A DNA stretch of 64,000 bases from the human T2T-CHM13v2.0 reference genome, Homo sapiens, in NCBI RefSeq assembly GCF_009914755.1, contig NC_060939.1. The stretch is one strand, 5' to 3'. Below, in pieces: positions 1-15,583 of the stretch; position 1 is the stretch's first letter; every line of letters begins with the position of its first letter. The position numbers were made by a program, and so were the translations under genes. Under the pieces are notes generated by a model, which did no database searches, had not been told where the DNA came from, and saw nothing but the letters and a program-made list of their open reading frames with translations.

Positions 1-251
1 ATATAAGAAGCAGTTGCCTCAACTAGGTGAGATCATGACTTATTATTGTCCTTTTAAAAATTGAATACCTAAAATTGTATATTAATGACCATGTATTATT
101 TTTATAATAATAAAAAAGTTAATAAAACAAAATTTCTTTTAAAAAAGATGTTCTGCAGGTAGTATGGAAGCAATAAAAAAAGAATTAGCTCATGATCAAT
201 GTTTCCCTTTTTAATGAGGTGTAATTATATTTTATTTTTATAATCCAACAG

Positions 252-421
252 GAATGCAAAAAGAAATGGAACACGATGTGAAGAGATTTGGCCAGGCTGC
301 CTGGGCCACAGCAATTCCCAGGTTGGAAAAACTTAAGCTAATGCTAGCTCAAGAGACTCTGCAACTCATGAGAGCGAAAGAATTGTATTTAAATCGCAAA
401 AGAGCTGAAATTCAGGGAAAG
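252..421 (+). pseudogene. WHAMMP: WHAMM-like exon, frame open
   Basis: cag|GAATGCAAAAA ... GGAAAG|gtaaga; ORF 254..436 matches WHAMM; ends in phase 0. Confidence 0.92.
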
Positions 422-425
422 GTAA

Positions 426-777
<352 letters not shown>

Positions 778-1355
778 CCACTTTTATTTTTTAAAAAGTT
801 TGTGTAAATAAGGGATACAAGTACTGTTTTGTTCCGTGGATATATTGTGTAGTGGTGAAGTTTGGGCTTTTAGTGTAATCTTCACCTGTATAATGTAATT
901 GTACCCACTAAATATTTCTCATCCTCCCTCCCACCCTCTTACTCTTCTGAGTCTCCAGTGTCTATTATTCCACACTGTGTGTGTATACACACTACTTAGC
1001 TCCCACTTATAAGTGAGACCATGTGGTAAAGCACACTTTTATTTTTAGATAGCACTTTTCTTTCCAGGCATCGTTAAAGAGCTTCTTTTCTTCACTTATT
1101 CTAACACTATCTTCTATGGAAGGTTAGACATAAAGTTTTCCTTTAGTTAAGATGTTTCAAAATACCATATTATAGGATTTACTTTATAGTAACACCGAGC
1201 CCAGTATTGAAGTGGGTACTGTACTTGAATATCAATCCAGCAATGTTTTCAGTACAGCTTTAAAATAATCAAAGAGATACTTCACTGAAGGATCATAGAC
1301 ACTTAAGTTTTTTCCTATAATCTTATGACCTTAAAGCAGAAAACACTGTAACCAC

Positions 1356-1750
1356 CTGTCTTAGTTGGGTAAGGCTGCTATAACAAGATTAAATATCACA
1401 GATTGGGTGGCTTCAACAACGGACATGTATTTCTCACAGTTCTGGAGGCTGGGAAGTCCAAGATGCCTGCAGATTCACTGGCCGGTGAGGATCCTCTTCC
1501 TGTCTGGTAGACAGCTGCCTTCTTAACTGAGTGCTCATATAGCCTTTCTTCTGTGTGTAAGTTTAGAGAGAAAGAAAGTGATCCCTGTCTTTCTCTTCTA
1601 ATGGCACTAATCCCATGATGGGGGTGCTATCCTTTTGACATAATCTGAACCTAATTACTTCCAAAGGACCCACCTCCAAATAACATCACATTGGGAGTTA
1701 GAGTGTCAACATATGAATTTTGTGGGGACACCAATATGCAATACATAATA
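1356..1750. mobile_element. MaLR solo LTR (MLT1A/B-like)
   Basis: tgtcttagtt...gctgctataacaa...tctcacagttctggaggctgggaagtccaagat...acatatgaattttgtggggacac; boundaries approximate. Confidence 0.75.
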
Positions 1751-1974
1751 ATACCTCATTGCCATTTATGTTTCTCAAAACCTAAATGTTTTTCTGTTTC
1801 AAGGATGAGATAAAATATTAGCATCACTAGATGAAATGAAAAAGTGTTTCTTTCCTATTTGCTTTTTTATATTTAGTATTGAACAAGGAATAGAAAATAG
1901 CTAGAATGCTTCTGAAGTTTGTTTTTAATATACTATTTATTTTAACTTATTTTTCTTTTTTCTATGAAAATAAG

Positions 1975-2140
1975 ATGGAAGATCTTCCAGAACAAGAAAA
2001 AAATATAAATGTTGTAGATGAATTAGAAATGCAATTTTATGAAATTCAGTTAGAACTATATGAAGTTAAATTTGAGATATTAAAAAACGAAGAAATACTG
2101 CTTACTACACAGTTGGACTCTCTTAAAAGACTTATAAAAG
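1975..2140 (+). pseudogene. WHAMMP: WHAMM-like exon, frame open
   Basis: taag|ATGGAAGAT ... ATAAAAG|gtaaag; encodes MEDLPEQEKNINVVDELEMQFYEIQLELYEVKFEILKNEEILLTTQLDSLKRLIK; ends in phase 1. Confidence 0.92.
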
Positions 2141-2348
2141 GTAAAGTTTATATTTAAGTATATAGATTACAATGTTTATAAATTTAAGGAAATACAGACC
2201 ATATTATCAATTACTTTTTGTAAACTGTAACATCTGAAAATTTCCTAAAGTTTTCCTTCAGTAGTTTATTATTCAAATAATATATTCATTGTTAGCACAT
2301 AGCAAAACAAAGAAAGAAAAATGATTATTACTCCAATCCCATCATCTA

Positions 2349-2693
<345 letters not shown>

Positions 2694-3241
2694 GAGATAC
2701 TTAGTGGTAACAATTTGCTGTATAACTTTGTAGATTTTAAAATATGCTGATATATAAAAATATAAATTTTTAACCAAAACTACATAACCAGTTCAGTAAC
2801 ATCTTTTTAAAAATTTTTTAATTTTTATGGGTGCATAGTAGATATATATATTTATGGGTTACATAAGATATTTTGACACAGGCATACAATGCATAATAGT
2901 CTCTTTTTCATTTAATACATACTAATTGTCTATTTCAGAAATAATAAAAGTATCAAAATTTTAATGGCTGCATAGTATTCCATTATATGGATATACCGTG
3001 ATTTCCAAATTTCCGCTGTTTTGAACAGTAGTGTAGTGAACTTTCCTTTACACATGTCTTTTTGAGTATAGGACAGATTATCTCCTTAGAATAAATATCT
3101 AAGGATGGAATTATTGGGTCAAGGACAATGTATATTTTACATTTTGCTACGTAATAATACAACAATCATCTGAGATACATTTTTCCTCACCTCCGTATTA
3201 TTTTCTGATTTCTAAATTTCATACTATGTAGTGGCCCTCTA

Positions 3242-3682
<441 letters not shown>

Positions 3683-5429
3683 TTAATTATGAATGAATAT
3701 TGAACAAAATTTTGTATGTTTACAAGCCATTTGTACTTATTTTATGAAATGCCTAGTCATAGTCTTTGTCCATTTTTCTTTGGAATATTTCCTTTCGACA
3801 TTAAGAATAATATTCTCTATTGTCTGTCATATGTTGCAAATAATCTCTCCTTGTCATTTGCGTTTTCTTGCCTTTCAGAAATATTTAATTTTTATGAAGT
3901 CGTGTTTATTGATTTTTTCCCCTATGGCTTCTGCTTTTAGTATTATGTCTGGCAATAGGCTCCTATCCCAAAATTATGTCAATATATACTTATGTTTTCT
4001 TTCAGTATGTTTATGATGTTACTTTTTAAAACATTTAATTCTTTAGTCCAGGTGGAATTTATTTTGAATGTGGTAGGAATTGAACCTTTCCCTCAAATTG
4101 TTAAGCAGTCCCAATCACTGATTTTAAAAACATTTTCCCTAAATGTTTAACATTTCTCCAGTTAAGCATTAGATTGACTTTGGTCTGTTTCTGAGTTGTT
4201 CTCCTCCATTGGTTCGTGAGTGGCTTCTGCTGCTGGCTCCATACTGTTCCCACGACTGTCTTGGAGGCACATTTTAGGGTCTGGTAAGGCAAGTACCCCC
4301 CACATTACTTCACAAGTTTTCTGACTATTTTCACTCCTTTATTCTTCCAGATGAAATTTAGAATCAAGTTCAAAACAAAAAACTCTTTGGAATTTTGATT
4401 GTGATTTTGCTTAAAATTAGAGATTACTTTGGGGAGAATAGTGGTCTTTGCAATTTTGAATCTTCCTACCCAAGAACATGGTATGTCTCTCTCCATTTAT
4501 TTAAATCTTTTTTCCTAAAGTTCCTCCAAGTTTAATAAATTTCTTCACATAGATCCTGAACTTTTAGTTTAATCCTGAGTATTCAGAATTTTTTTCAGTA
4601 GTTTCAGGTTATAAGCATTTTACATATTTAGGAAAAAAATTACATTAAAAAACAAGTTAATCTGGAAGGATGCATGCCAAATTGTTCATAATGTTTTTCC
4701 TCTGAGAATGACTCAGAAGGTTTGGGGAATGAGCAATAGAATTTCACTGTTTATTTGATGTACTTCTGGAGGGTTTGAATTTGTTACAGTAAGCATGACT
4801 TTTAAAAAATCAATATGTAATCAAGATTAAATATCACTAAGGCATCTTAATAATATATTGCTGGTAGAATATAAGTTGCCTTTCTGGAGGGCAGTGTGGC
4901 AATGGGTATCAAGATCCTTAAACACTTATCTGCTAAGGAAATGATAAAAAGTGTACACAAAGATTTATACAGAGATGTTTATCACAGTGAAATGAATAAT
5001 AATGGAACATTGGAACAGCCTAACAACGTGGATTGCTTAAATTAGAGAATACTATGCTGCCATTAAAATTTATCTTTTTAAATTTTTTTTTATTTTTGGA
5101 GATGGAGTCTTGCTCTGTTGCCCAGGCTGGAGTGCAGTGGCATGATCTCGGCTCACTGCAACTTCTGCCTCCCAGGTTCATGCTGTTCTCCTGCCTCAGC
5201 CTCCTGAGTAGCTGGGATTACAGGCACACGCCACTGTGCCCAACTAGTTTTGTATTTTTAGTAGAGACGGGGTTTTGCCATGTTGGCCAGGCTGGTCTTG
5301 AACTCCTGACCCTCAGGTGTGCCGCCTGCCTTGGCCTCCCAAAGTGCTGGGATTACAGGCGTGAGCCACCGCACCTGGCCTAAAGATTTATTTCCATCCC
5401 ATGGAAAATGTTCTTTTAGAACTCCATTG

Positions 5430-5612
5430 ATATGTGTAGCTATGTAAGTAGTATGTGTATGTGCGTGTGTATATATACGTATGTCTGTACAGGTATATAT
5501 ACATGCATATACTACTTGTATATACACACATGCTACTTAATACATGTGTATAGTCATGTATATATACACGTGTATATGTATATTACATTTATACACATAC
5601 ATTTTTTATATG
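5430..5612. repeat. Degenerate (TA/TG/CA)n low-complexity repeat
   Basis: tatgtgtatatatacacacatg-type alternating purine-pyrimidine tract. Confidence 0.85.
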
Positions 5613-5733
5613 TTAATAGTGATTCTCAGTGGTGGCATTACAAGTGATCTTTATTTTCCTTACATTTAAAAAAATTGAGTGCATTTTTACAAATAATAAA
5701 ATATGTTTTAAACAATCATTAATACCTTTTTAG

Positions 5734-5918
5734 AAAAACAGGATGAAGTTGTCTATTACGATCCATGTGAAAGTCCAGAGGAACTTAGTCATTGACTGTG
5801 GTGGGGCTGCAGGACGATAAGAATTCGGAAGTGAAAGAACTCAGAAGGCAGTGCCAGCAGCTGGAGTCTGTTAAACGGAGCAGTCTGTGTCAAAAGAGCT
5901 TCTCTCCAGAGTAGAAAG
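5734..5918 (+). pseudogene. WHAMMP: WHAMM-like exon, disabled
   Basis: tag|AAAAACAGGATGAAG ... AGAAAG|gtaggt. Reads EKQDEVVYYDPCESPEEL, then a frameshift gives TGA at 5793-5795. Further WHAMM peptide (VGLQDDKN.EVKELRRQCQQLES; KRASL.SRK) lies in other frames. Confidence 0.9.
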
Positions 5919-8295
5919 GTAGGTACGCTCAGAGCGGCTTTCTTTTCTTTTCTCTTCCAGAGATTTATTCTTGTATGAAGGATAAAGAGGTATTGAAATA
6001 AGGTTTTTACCAACACAGTGATTAATTTTTTGTGTGCTTATGTACTTATCCATGGCTATAGTTAAAATGATTTTTAATATTTTTCTTAAAAATATTATTT
6101 TTTTCTTTTGGGTTTTAAGCATTTAGCAAATCTCAAGGTTTTAATTTATTCATTTAACAACTATTTGTTGATTGCCCACTGCATACACAGGCACTTTTAT
6201 TTTTATTTTTTTGAGACAGAGTCTTGCCCTGTCACCCAGGCTGGAGTGTGGAGGCAAGATCTTGGCTCACTACAACTTCCGCCTCCTAGGTTCAAGCAAT
6301 TCTCGTGCCTTAGCCTGCCAAGTAGCTCGGTTTACAGGCACGCGCCACCACGCCCAGCTAATTTTTGTATATTTTGTAGAGACGGGGTTTTGCCATGTTG
6401 GCTAGGCTGGTCTTGAACTCCCGACCTCAAGTGATCCGCCCACCTTGGCCTCCCAAAGTCCTGGGATTACAGGTGTGAGCCACTGCCCCTGGACCACAGG
6501 TACTTTAAAAACCACAATAGGTAGAAACTCTATTTCTAATAACCAACTATAACAATTCTAAATATATTTTACTGTAAATTATTGAGTACACAAAACAATA
6601 ACAGGTCAGCTCACCTCAGATTTAATACTTAAACATTAAAGAATATCAACCTACTTGCAAGAAACTTAACAAAACCTAAGGAACATAATACAAATAAAAC
6701 TTTACCTATCCAGATTATAAGCTGGATATTATAATATCCAGGAAAATATCCAGGATGTTAGAATGGCTTGAAACAGAATTGAAAATTTTTGAGCTATAAG
6801 ACACATAGGAGAAATTTTAAGTTCATTTTTTTTGGATGAGACATTTATTAGTCTCAACAAGACTGAATGATTTTCTTTTAAGGTCACACATTTAAATAGT
6901 TAACAGGAGAAATACCAACCAGAATCATAGTCAAATACCCACCTACTCCCTTTCCAAGACAACTAAGGTCTCAAATTGCGCCCATTTTTCTCAAATTATT
7001 TCTAGAATATTTAGCAAAAGAGGCTTTTAATTTGGCATATCTTTGTCTACAATTTTGTAGTTTGTGTAAAGAAAGGTAGATTAAGGGAATTTCATTTTAA
7101 AGGTGAGAATCAGAATGACATTTGTGAAGCTATGATGCCTGTGCCATCTGGCATACACGAGGGTGTAGTACTAAATGGGATCAGAATGAGCTCCTTTTGG
7201 AAGGAAACCTTTAATAGACTGGGAAACATTAAGGGAATCTTCCCTTTTTTATTTATTTTATTTTATTTTATTTTATTTTATTTTAGATGGAGTCTCACTC
7301 TGTTGCCCAGGCTGGAGTGCAGTGGCGCAGTCTCGGCTCACTGCAAGCTCCGCCTCCTGGGTTCACGCCATTCTCCTGCCTCAGCCTCCTGAGTAGCTGG
7401 GACTACAGGTGCCCGCCACCACGCTCGGCTAATTTTTTGTATTTTTAGTAGAGACGGGGTTTCACCGTGTTAGCCAGGATGGTCTCGATCTCCTGACCTT
7501 GTGATCCACCCGCCTCAGCCTCCCAAAGTGCTGGGATTACAGGCGTGAGCCACCGTGCCCAGCCTCTTATTTTTAATAGAGCATTGGAAAATGAATTCTG
7601 TATACCTGGTTAATGAAGGAAATCCAGATTCGTTGCCAAAACCAAGTTTTAAAGGAATTTGCAATCCTTCACAGTTCATTCAAGGAGGCAATGGAAATTT
7701 TGATGAAGAAATTTTTTTAAATCTTTCTTAAAAGGAGTCCTTACATTGGTATTGTATCATGACTAAAGTCTTCCTCCCTCTCTCCCTTCTATGCTTTTTG
7801 TTTCTGTTTTCTATCTGTCAATGACATCAGTTTCATGGATATAAATGGTTAAAAGACAATGATTACAACACACAGTTGAGTGACACAAATCTTGTTGTAG
7901 TGTTAGAAATACATCAATACATTGGGATCATAAAGAGAAATGGCAAGAAAAAAAATCTAAGTTAATAACAGAAAATGCTGATTCCCACAGTCAGTGTAGA
8001 AAATAACACGTTTTTTTTTCTGTCAGTGGAGATAACTGAGACTAGTTAATATTGTCAATTCTGTTCCTTCTGACTGAGCCAGGTGAGGCAAAATTTAGCA
8101 TATGAGTTGAGGGACAAAACTATTACCTTGGCAACATAAAAATTAATACTGTCTACATTGTTTACTAGGAAATGCATGCAAAATTAATACACTCTTGGTA
8201 GTACAGGTTGGTTTCACTTCTATAGTGTGTGGTTAATAGAAAGCTGATTCAACAGACGATAGATTCAACAGACGATGTAGAATTGTCTAAAATCC

Positions 8296-8641
<346 letters not shown>

Positions 8642-9209
8642 TTATTCACTTGTTTGCCTCAGGAACAGTAGCTGTTCAGATTTGTTCTGTCTTTGATTTT
8701 GGAAATGAGGTTACCGTGCTCTGTAGTGTGAGGAAGATGACATGGCATAATTAGGCAAACGGCTAGGCATTTTCTCAGCAGTAAATTACCAGTGCCCTTA
8801 CTTGCCATGATACCCACAACAGGCAGAGGCAGTTTCCTGAGGCAATCCAGGCCACAAAGAACTGTACATTTGGGGAAAACATATCTTCAAATATATATGT
8901 TAAAATCTAAAAAATTGGTTAGTATGTATTACTTTTGTGGATACTTAAACATTCCCTATGCATAAAGACCTAGTTAAAGAGATGCAGGCTTTTGGCATGT
9001 TAAATAACTCCTTGATGAGAAATCACACTACGAATAATAAATATTACTTAATAAAAATGAAAAATAATGAGATTAGTTACTATTGAACTATTCTTGCTTA
9101 GAATGCCCCTGAATTTCAGTCATTGAAATTCACTTGTACCTGGGTAAGTTACAAGTTCTTATTTGTGCTGGTTTCTGTTCCATTGGCAATTAAAATTTTG
9201 GTAAGTTGA

Positions 9210-9544
<335 letters not shown>

Positions 9545-10473
9545 AAAGGGAGTTCTTATATTGGCAGTGTATCATGATTAAAGTTATCCTCCCTCTTTCT
9601 CTCCCTCCCACATATATATTTTCGTGTCAGTATATGTATATGTGATTTGTGCCATTTGTGTGTGTGTAGGTAAATGAAAGTGGCATCAAGAGAATCTCAC
9701 GTTAAAAAAAATTTGAGATAGTACAATTCTTATGCATCATATGTTGCATAATGTTTGACTATTAAGAAATTTGCATCACACGTCTACTTATTTCATTAAA
9801 CATGTTACAGTCAATTAATTTACTTACACCCTCCATTTCCTTCTTCCCCCTCTCTCGTTCTCCTGTTGCAGGGTCATTATACGTTCCTACTCACAAAATG
9901 TCCTTGTTTTTTCCCTTACTCCTGTCATTGATCTTCTGAATCTTTCCGGCGAACTTAACATGGATGTTTTGATAGAAAGCTCTGGCATTAACTCTGGAGT
10001 TGTTTTGCAAGGAAGGTTGTTCGCTTTTTCACCATTTTTTTTTCAGGTCCTTGAAGTGTTTTCACATAGATATTTCACAAGAGCCATTTCAGAATTGAGA
10101 ACATTTGGCGTGCACTCTTCCTCTTTTGGTCCCACAGTTTTTATGTGTCCTACTTGAAATTATGTTTGCTCCCGTTTCAATTGTAATATTGCACTTACTC
10201 ATTAGTTTTTAGTTTGAACTCTCCTGCGAGGTCTAATGTAGAGTTTGGACAAGAACACAGATTCATAATAAACCTACCCAGTCAATTTGGTATAAAGGCT
10301 TAGAAGGTGGAACTGGCCACATTTTGAATTGGAGGTAAGGATCAGGAATGCTAATGGAGAGACATAGGATTTTCTTATGGAAACAAGAAACAAATAACCT
10401 CTGGGCAGTATTAGAGCCCAGAGAGTGATAAGCCTCTTCTAACTTCAATATTCTATGTACAAATTCACAAGAC

Positions 10474-10779
10474 TTTTTTTTTTTCTTTCTTTTTTTTGAG
10501 ACGGAGTCTCACTCTGTAGCCCAGGCTGGAGTGCGATGGCGCGATCTTGGCTCACCACAAGCTCCCCCTCCCGGGTTCACGCCATTCTCCTGCCTCTGCC
10601 TCGTGAGTAGCTGGAACTACTGGCGCCCGCCACCACATCCAGCTAATTTTTTTGTATTTTTAGTGCAGACTGGGTTTCACCGTGTTAGCCAGGATGGTCT
10701 GGATCTCCTGACCTTGGGATCCGCCCGCCTCGGCCTCCGAAAGTGCTGAGATTACCGGCGTGAGCCACTGTGCCCGGCC
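10474..10779 (-). mobile_element. AluY
   Basis: Antisense Alu flanked by agactttt repeats. Confidence 0.93.
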
Positions 10780-12334
10780 GAGACTTTTAATTATGCAATG
10801 CCAGACTGCATTGCATAAACCAAAGGCCAACAGAGAGGTGACCTTTCAAATTACTGGCACAAGAAGAGCTGAGATCAGAAAGCTCCAACTTAATGCAAAC
10901 ATCGACAAGAAATCCGACAGAAATGACTTCTGTGTCTGGTCAACTTAACATAACATGACATATTGTCAAGCGCATTTGGCTTTTTAGGTAGAATTGTCTA
11001 TAAAGGTTTAACTGCTTTAGAAAATATAAATGTGAAGATTTGTGGTATTTGGGTTTATATATAAGATATTTCTACATTGAAAAGAGACTGGAAAAGCTTG
11101 GTATAAGATTTGTAAAATATGTTTGTAATAATGCTAATGGAAGAGGTGAGATTTGGGTGGGGTGGGGTGTAGATGGGAACATGGTTTGGGGATTGGGGAA
11201 AGGGAAGTCATGCTGTTAATAAAATAGTGAGGCATGTTGTATAAAGTGTGTTTTATGTCTCAATTGAAATGTTATAGAGATAAATTTAAAATAGATCATG
11301 ATGGGTTTTGAATCTGATTTCTAATTTTAAAATGTTATGAGCTTTTGTTGCTTTCCTATTTCATACACATTTCTTTATGGGTTTCACTTAGACTGCATGA
11401 AATTGCAGATGCCAATTACCTTTTAACAAAATTAAATTCACATATATGTATAATTTACATGTATATATTCATGGAATTTTTTATTCTACACGATATATTA
11501 TTTTAAAATGGTTTTTCAATGACAAAATAAAAAGTATTTTTCTATACTTTCAGTTTTCTGGTTTGAATTTTTTCTGGCAACACTAATTTTCACCTACCTA
11601 TACTCACTGATAGTATAAAATTGTACAAGTGCATATTTTACCATGTTTACATTTGAATGGATGACTGGAGGTACATCTATGATGACTAATACTTTCTAAA
11701 CACATATTTACCTCTCATATATCTGTGTAAATGATTGTAAGAGGAAGGGGAAAATAGAGATGTATCATTAGGTATACTGTCTTAAAGCACATTCAGCTGC
11801 TCTCATGTTTGGAGAATTTTGAATGTGATGAATGTTTCTCTTTCACCGCTAACAGGTTGTATGTGTGAGCCACATTTTATTGCAAGTGTTTGAAAGGCCA
11901 TTGCAAATATGGGATATTGCCAGACAGTAAAAAGCAAATTGAGTCTATTGAGAAATTAATTCACCAGCTGAAGGAAGTACATTTGCCTTAGAGTCATCAG
12001 ATATTCTACCCACCAGACTCATCTCCGAGATAGCATCCTAATGAGCTTCCTAAACCAACTAAACATGAGCAGGAAGCATCAGTCGTCAAAACTGACTCTT
12101 TTCAGCCAATCAGCTGACTGCACAAACTGTATGGCATTGAGGAAAGGAAGAACATTCTGAAAGTTTTTTTCTTTTTTCATTCTGTCCTCATTCTGTTGGT
12201 TTCTCAGTTTTACGGATGCAGGATCATGCACAGAACCCTGTAAATGAGCATAGTTCGTTTAAGTATATAAAGTGCTTTCGGTGGATAAAATGAATTTTAA
12301 CAGGCTTAAGTGATGTGCCTAAATGCACACAATT

Positions 12335-12466
12335 AATGCATGGCTGGAATTCAAAATCATGTCTTTTCCTCTGTTCTGATTGTTTTATAAATATGGGTTG
12401 TTTTAATGTGTGGCTGGAATTCAAAATTGTGTCTTTTCCTCTGTTCTGATTGTTTTATAAATACAG
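12335..12466. repeat. 70-bp tandem duplication (two copies)
   Basis: tggctggaattcaaaat..tgtcttttcctctgttctgattgttttataaata starts at 12341 and again at 12411. Confidence 0.9.
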
Positions 12467-13049
12467 GTGTAGTGATTGATTTTCTACCCACCATGACAGG
12501 GAATAGGTTCAAAACTTAAAACCCTGTTTGTTTTATAATTAGGTAGACTCAAATGACAGGTCAAGGCAGGGAGGGGAGCCAGTCATTTTTACTCCCATAT
12601 GGGTTTGCTCCTTCAAAGACAGGATTGGGGTAGCAGTGTCAGTTCCTACAGGTTATAACGATCTTAATGATAAACTTAAATAACCGTAACTGAATACTTA
12701 TAATGTGCTAGCACTTTTCATAATGTATCCCAATAATACTCACAAAACCTTCCAAATATTACCTTTTTGTTGTCTTTGTTTTATTTTGTTTTGTTTTGAG
12801 ACAGGGTCTCACTCTGCTGCCCAGGCTTTAGTGCAGTGATGCAATCATGGTTCACTGCAGCGTCAAACTCCTGGGCTTAAGCAATCCTCCCACCTCAGCC
12901 TCCCAAGAAGCTGAGACTACAGGCATGCACCACCACTCCCAGCTCCAAATAAATATTCTTATCCCATTTTACTGATGCAGAAAAATGTATGGCCCAGAGA
13001 AGTAATGTTAAGTTTATTGGGGGATTTAAGTTGTAAAAAATTATTTTAT

Positions 13050-13260
13050 CGAACCCTAATGTAAACTGTGGACTCTGGGTGATAGTGATGTGTCAGTGTA
13101 GGTTCATCGATTATAGCAAATGCATCATTCTGGTGCAGGATGTTGACAGTGGGGGAAGCTGTGTGTGTATGGGAGTAGGGAGTCTATGGGAACTCTTCTA
13201 CTTTCCACTCAATTTTGCTGTGAGCCTAAAACTACTCTAAAAAATGAAGTTTATTAATCA
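13050..13260 (+). mobile_element. Old L1 (L1MC/L1MD-like) 3' end
   Basis: gaaccctaatgtaaactgtggact...ctcaattttgctgtgagcctaaaactactctaaaaaat; a related 3' end occurs at about 27620-27860. Confidence 0.75.
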
Positions 13261-14140
13261 AGAAAAAAATTCTTATGTTTTATGAATATATGGGACAGCT
13301 ATTCATGTATGTGGTAAAAATGAAGAGATTTGTTACAGTACTCGGCAGGAGTGTGTCTAATCGACTGATATTCATGTGTCACTTATAAAAACTGGCTTCA
13401 TTATCAATCTATAGATTCATTTCATTTGTGTATGTTCGCTTAAGGGCACACACATGGAAACCCTTTGGTGTTATTAGAGGTCTGTTGGGAGGGCTCCTCT
13501 TTGGTGGAAGCTATGTCTGTTTCTCAGAAGTGATTTAAGAGTAAGATGTGAAATAGCACTTGTCCCCGAGGATGGAGCCAACAGAGCACAGAGCATAGGG
13601 GAGTTATGTGATGCTGTCTCTGAGGGACTGGAGAGAGGAATATAAAGAGCTTATCCCTTAAGAAAGAATAGGGGAGGACTTCCTTGCCTGATATCTCAGA
13701 TCATGAAGCTACAGTTCTCTCCCTGCTTTAGAGAAAAAAAAAAACAGACTTTTTGCAAAAATCAATTATTGAACATATTCCTATATTCTAGATTTATAAT
13801 GAAGCATTTTTGTACATATTCATTAAAAAGAGCAATTAGAACATTTTTCTCTGGTTTATAGTAACTAGGATGGCAACACATATATATCTTGGAAGTATTT
13901 TGTGGTATGATTCTTCAACATAAAATTATTTTTCAAAACTTCTTAGAAGTCTCCAGGTACTCAGGAATAAGGTCATTTTAAATTATTCCTTATTGACTAT
14001 AAGAAAAATAATTAGGCAAGATCACAAAATAAATGTTTAGACTGTTTCTCCTGTTTCCTGATTTTCAGGTTATTTTTTATCCCAATTTTATTTTGCTGTA
14101 TAGTCATAAATTTCATCTTTGAAATAAAGCATATAATCAC

Positions 14141-14445
14141 TTTTTTTGTTTGTTTGTTTTTTTGAGATGGAGTCTCGCTCTGTAGCCCAGGCTGGAGTGC
14201 AGTGGCGCAATCTCGGCTCACTGCAAGCTCTGCCTCCCGCGTTCACGCCATTCTCCTGCCTCAGCCTCCTGAGTAGCTGGGACTACAGGTGCCTGCCACC
14301 ACGATCGGCTAATTTTTTTGTATTTTTTGTAGAAACGAGGTTTCACCGTGTTAGCCAGGATGGTCTGGATCTCCTGACCTTGTGATCTGCCCACCTCGGC
14401 CTCCCAAAGTGCTGGGATTACAGGCGTGAGCCACAGCGCCTGGCC
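14141..14445 (-). mobile_element. AluY
   Basis: Antisense Alu with (TTTG)n tail. Confidence 0.93.
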
Positions 14446-14858
14446 ATGCTTTCTATTTTATATGCTGTTTTTGTTTCTTTTTCATCCCTGATCTTCAGTT
14501 AGCTGCTGGCATTTTACTTGTTCCCAACTAATTTTTCTTCTAATGACTTGAAAAGTATATGTTTAGTTCCTATATCTTTATATTTTTATACACATAGCTA
14601 CACATATGATTGACATCCAGAGCTTATCGTATAGATAAAATGAGACTCCTAGCATGCTTTTACTTCTCTCTCCTTCCTCCTTTCCAGACTTCATAACTTT
14701 CCATCCCGAGTTATTTCAGATTTTAGTTTTTTATTATAGGTTTATTTTTATAATTTAGACTTAAAAGTAAACTTCACTGATTATCTTGCTCACCTGTGCT
14801 TCTTATATCCCTTTTTTTCTTCCCAGATTGATTTTCTTTTTGAATATATTTTCTACAC

Positions 14859-15056
14859 CATGGTTTCTCAACCAGAGGTGATACAGCACTGTCTCCAAAT
14901 GTGGGGCTGTTGTGTATTGTCACGGGGAGGAGAAATGCTACTGGCATTTAGTGGATGATGGTCAAGGACACTAAGCAACCTGCAATGTGTGGATCAATCT
15001 TACACAACGAAGGACTGTTCCACCCCAAATGCCAATGGTACCCTGTTGAGAAAGGT
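14859..15056. mobile_element. MER20-like hAT-Charlie DNA transposon
   Basis: catggtttctcaacc...tgctactggcatttagtgg...gttgagaaa terminal motifs. Confidence 0.7.
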
Positions 15057-15160
15057 TAGTCTATGTGGACAGTGAATTATAAACTTTTTGAATCTGTTTT
15101 TGTGTCTTAAAATGTCTTTATGATGCCCTCACATTCACTTGCACTTTGGCTGGTTAAACA

Positions 15161-15583
15161 ATATTAAAAGAAAACTTCAAATTAAATGGAATTTAATTGA
15201 GCAAGAAAAAAAAAACAATTCACAAGTTGGGCAGCCTCCAGAACCACAGCAGATTCAGAGAGACTTCAGGGATGCCTCATGGTCAGAACAAATGTATAGA
15301 CAAGAAAAGTAAAGTGATACACAGAAATTGAAAGTGAGGTAAAGAAACAGCTGGATTGGTTACAGGTTGGCATTTGCCTTATTTGAACACAGTTTGAACC
15401 CTCAGCAGTGTATGAGTGATTGAAGTATAGTTGCTGGGATTGGCCAAGACTCAGCTGCTGTTACAGATGCATACTCCTAAGCTAGGTTTTCAATCTTGTC
15501 TATTAAGTTAGGTTATGGTTAGTCCACAAGGACTCAAATACAGAAGTACAGAGTCCTCAGGCCATATTTAGTTCGCTTTAACA
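15161..15583 (-). mobile_element. ERV1-class solo LTR (MER57/MER93-like)
   Basis: Reverse strand begins TGTTAAAGCGAACTAAATATGGCCTGAG; subfamily tentative. Confidence 0.6.

Larger units (their letters stand above)
5083..7564 (-). mobile_element. Three antisense Alus (about 5083-5380, 6196-6494, 7245-7564)
   Basis: Alu consensus matches with T-rich tails. Confidence 0.9.

Noticed and set aside
9562-9583. TGGCAGTGTAT resembling the miR-449/34 5' end
   Set aside because: Only 11 nt match, and there is no complementary hairpin arm.
9820-10250. - strand near-open frame (KNGEKANNLPCKTTPELMPE...) ending at GTAAGT
   Set aside because: Contains stops and a frameshift with no recognisable homology; the same bases are explained as a + strand polypyrimidine acceptor.
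11856-12120. Exon-like reading (LYV*ATFYCKCLKGHCKYG...) suggesting an unknown decayed gene
   Set aside because: Three internal stops in about 88 codons is close to random expectation, and no homolog was recognised.
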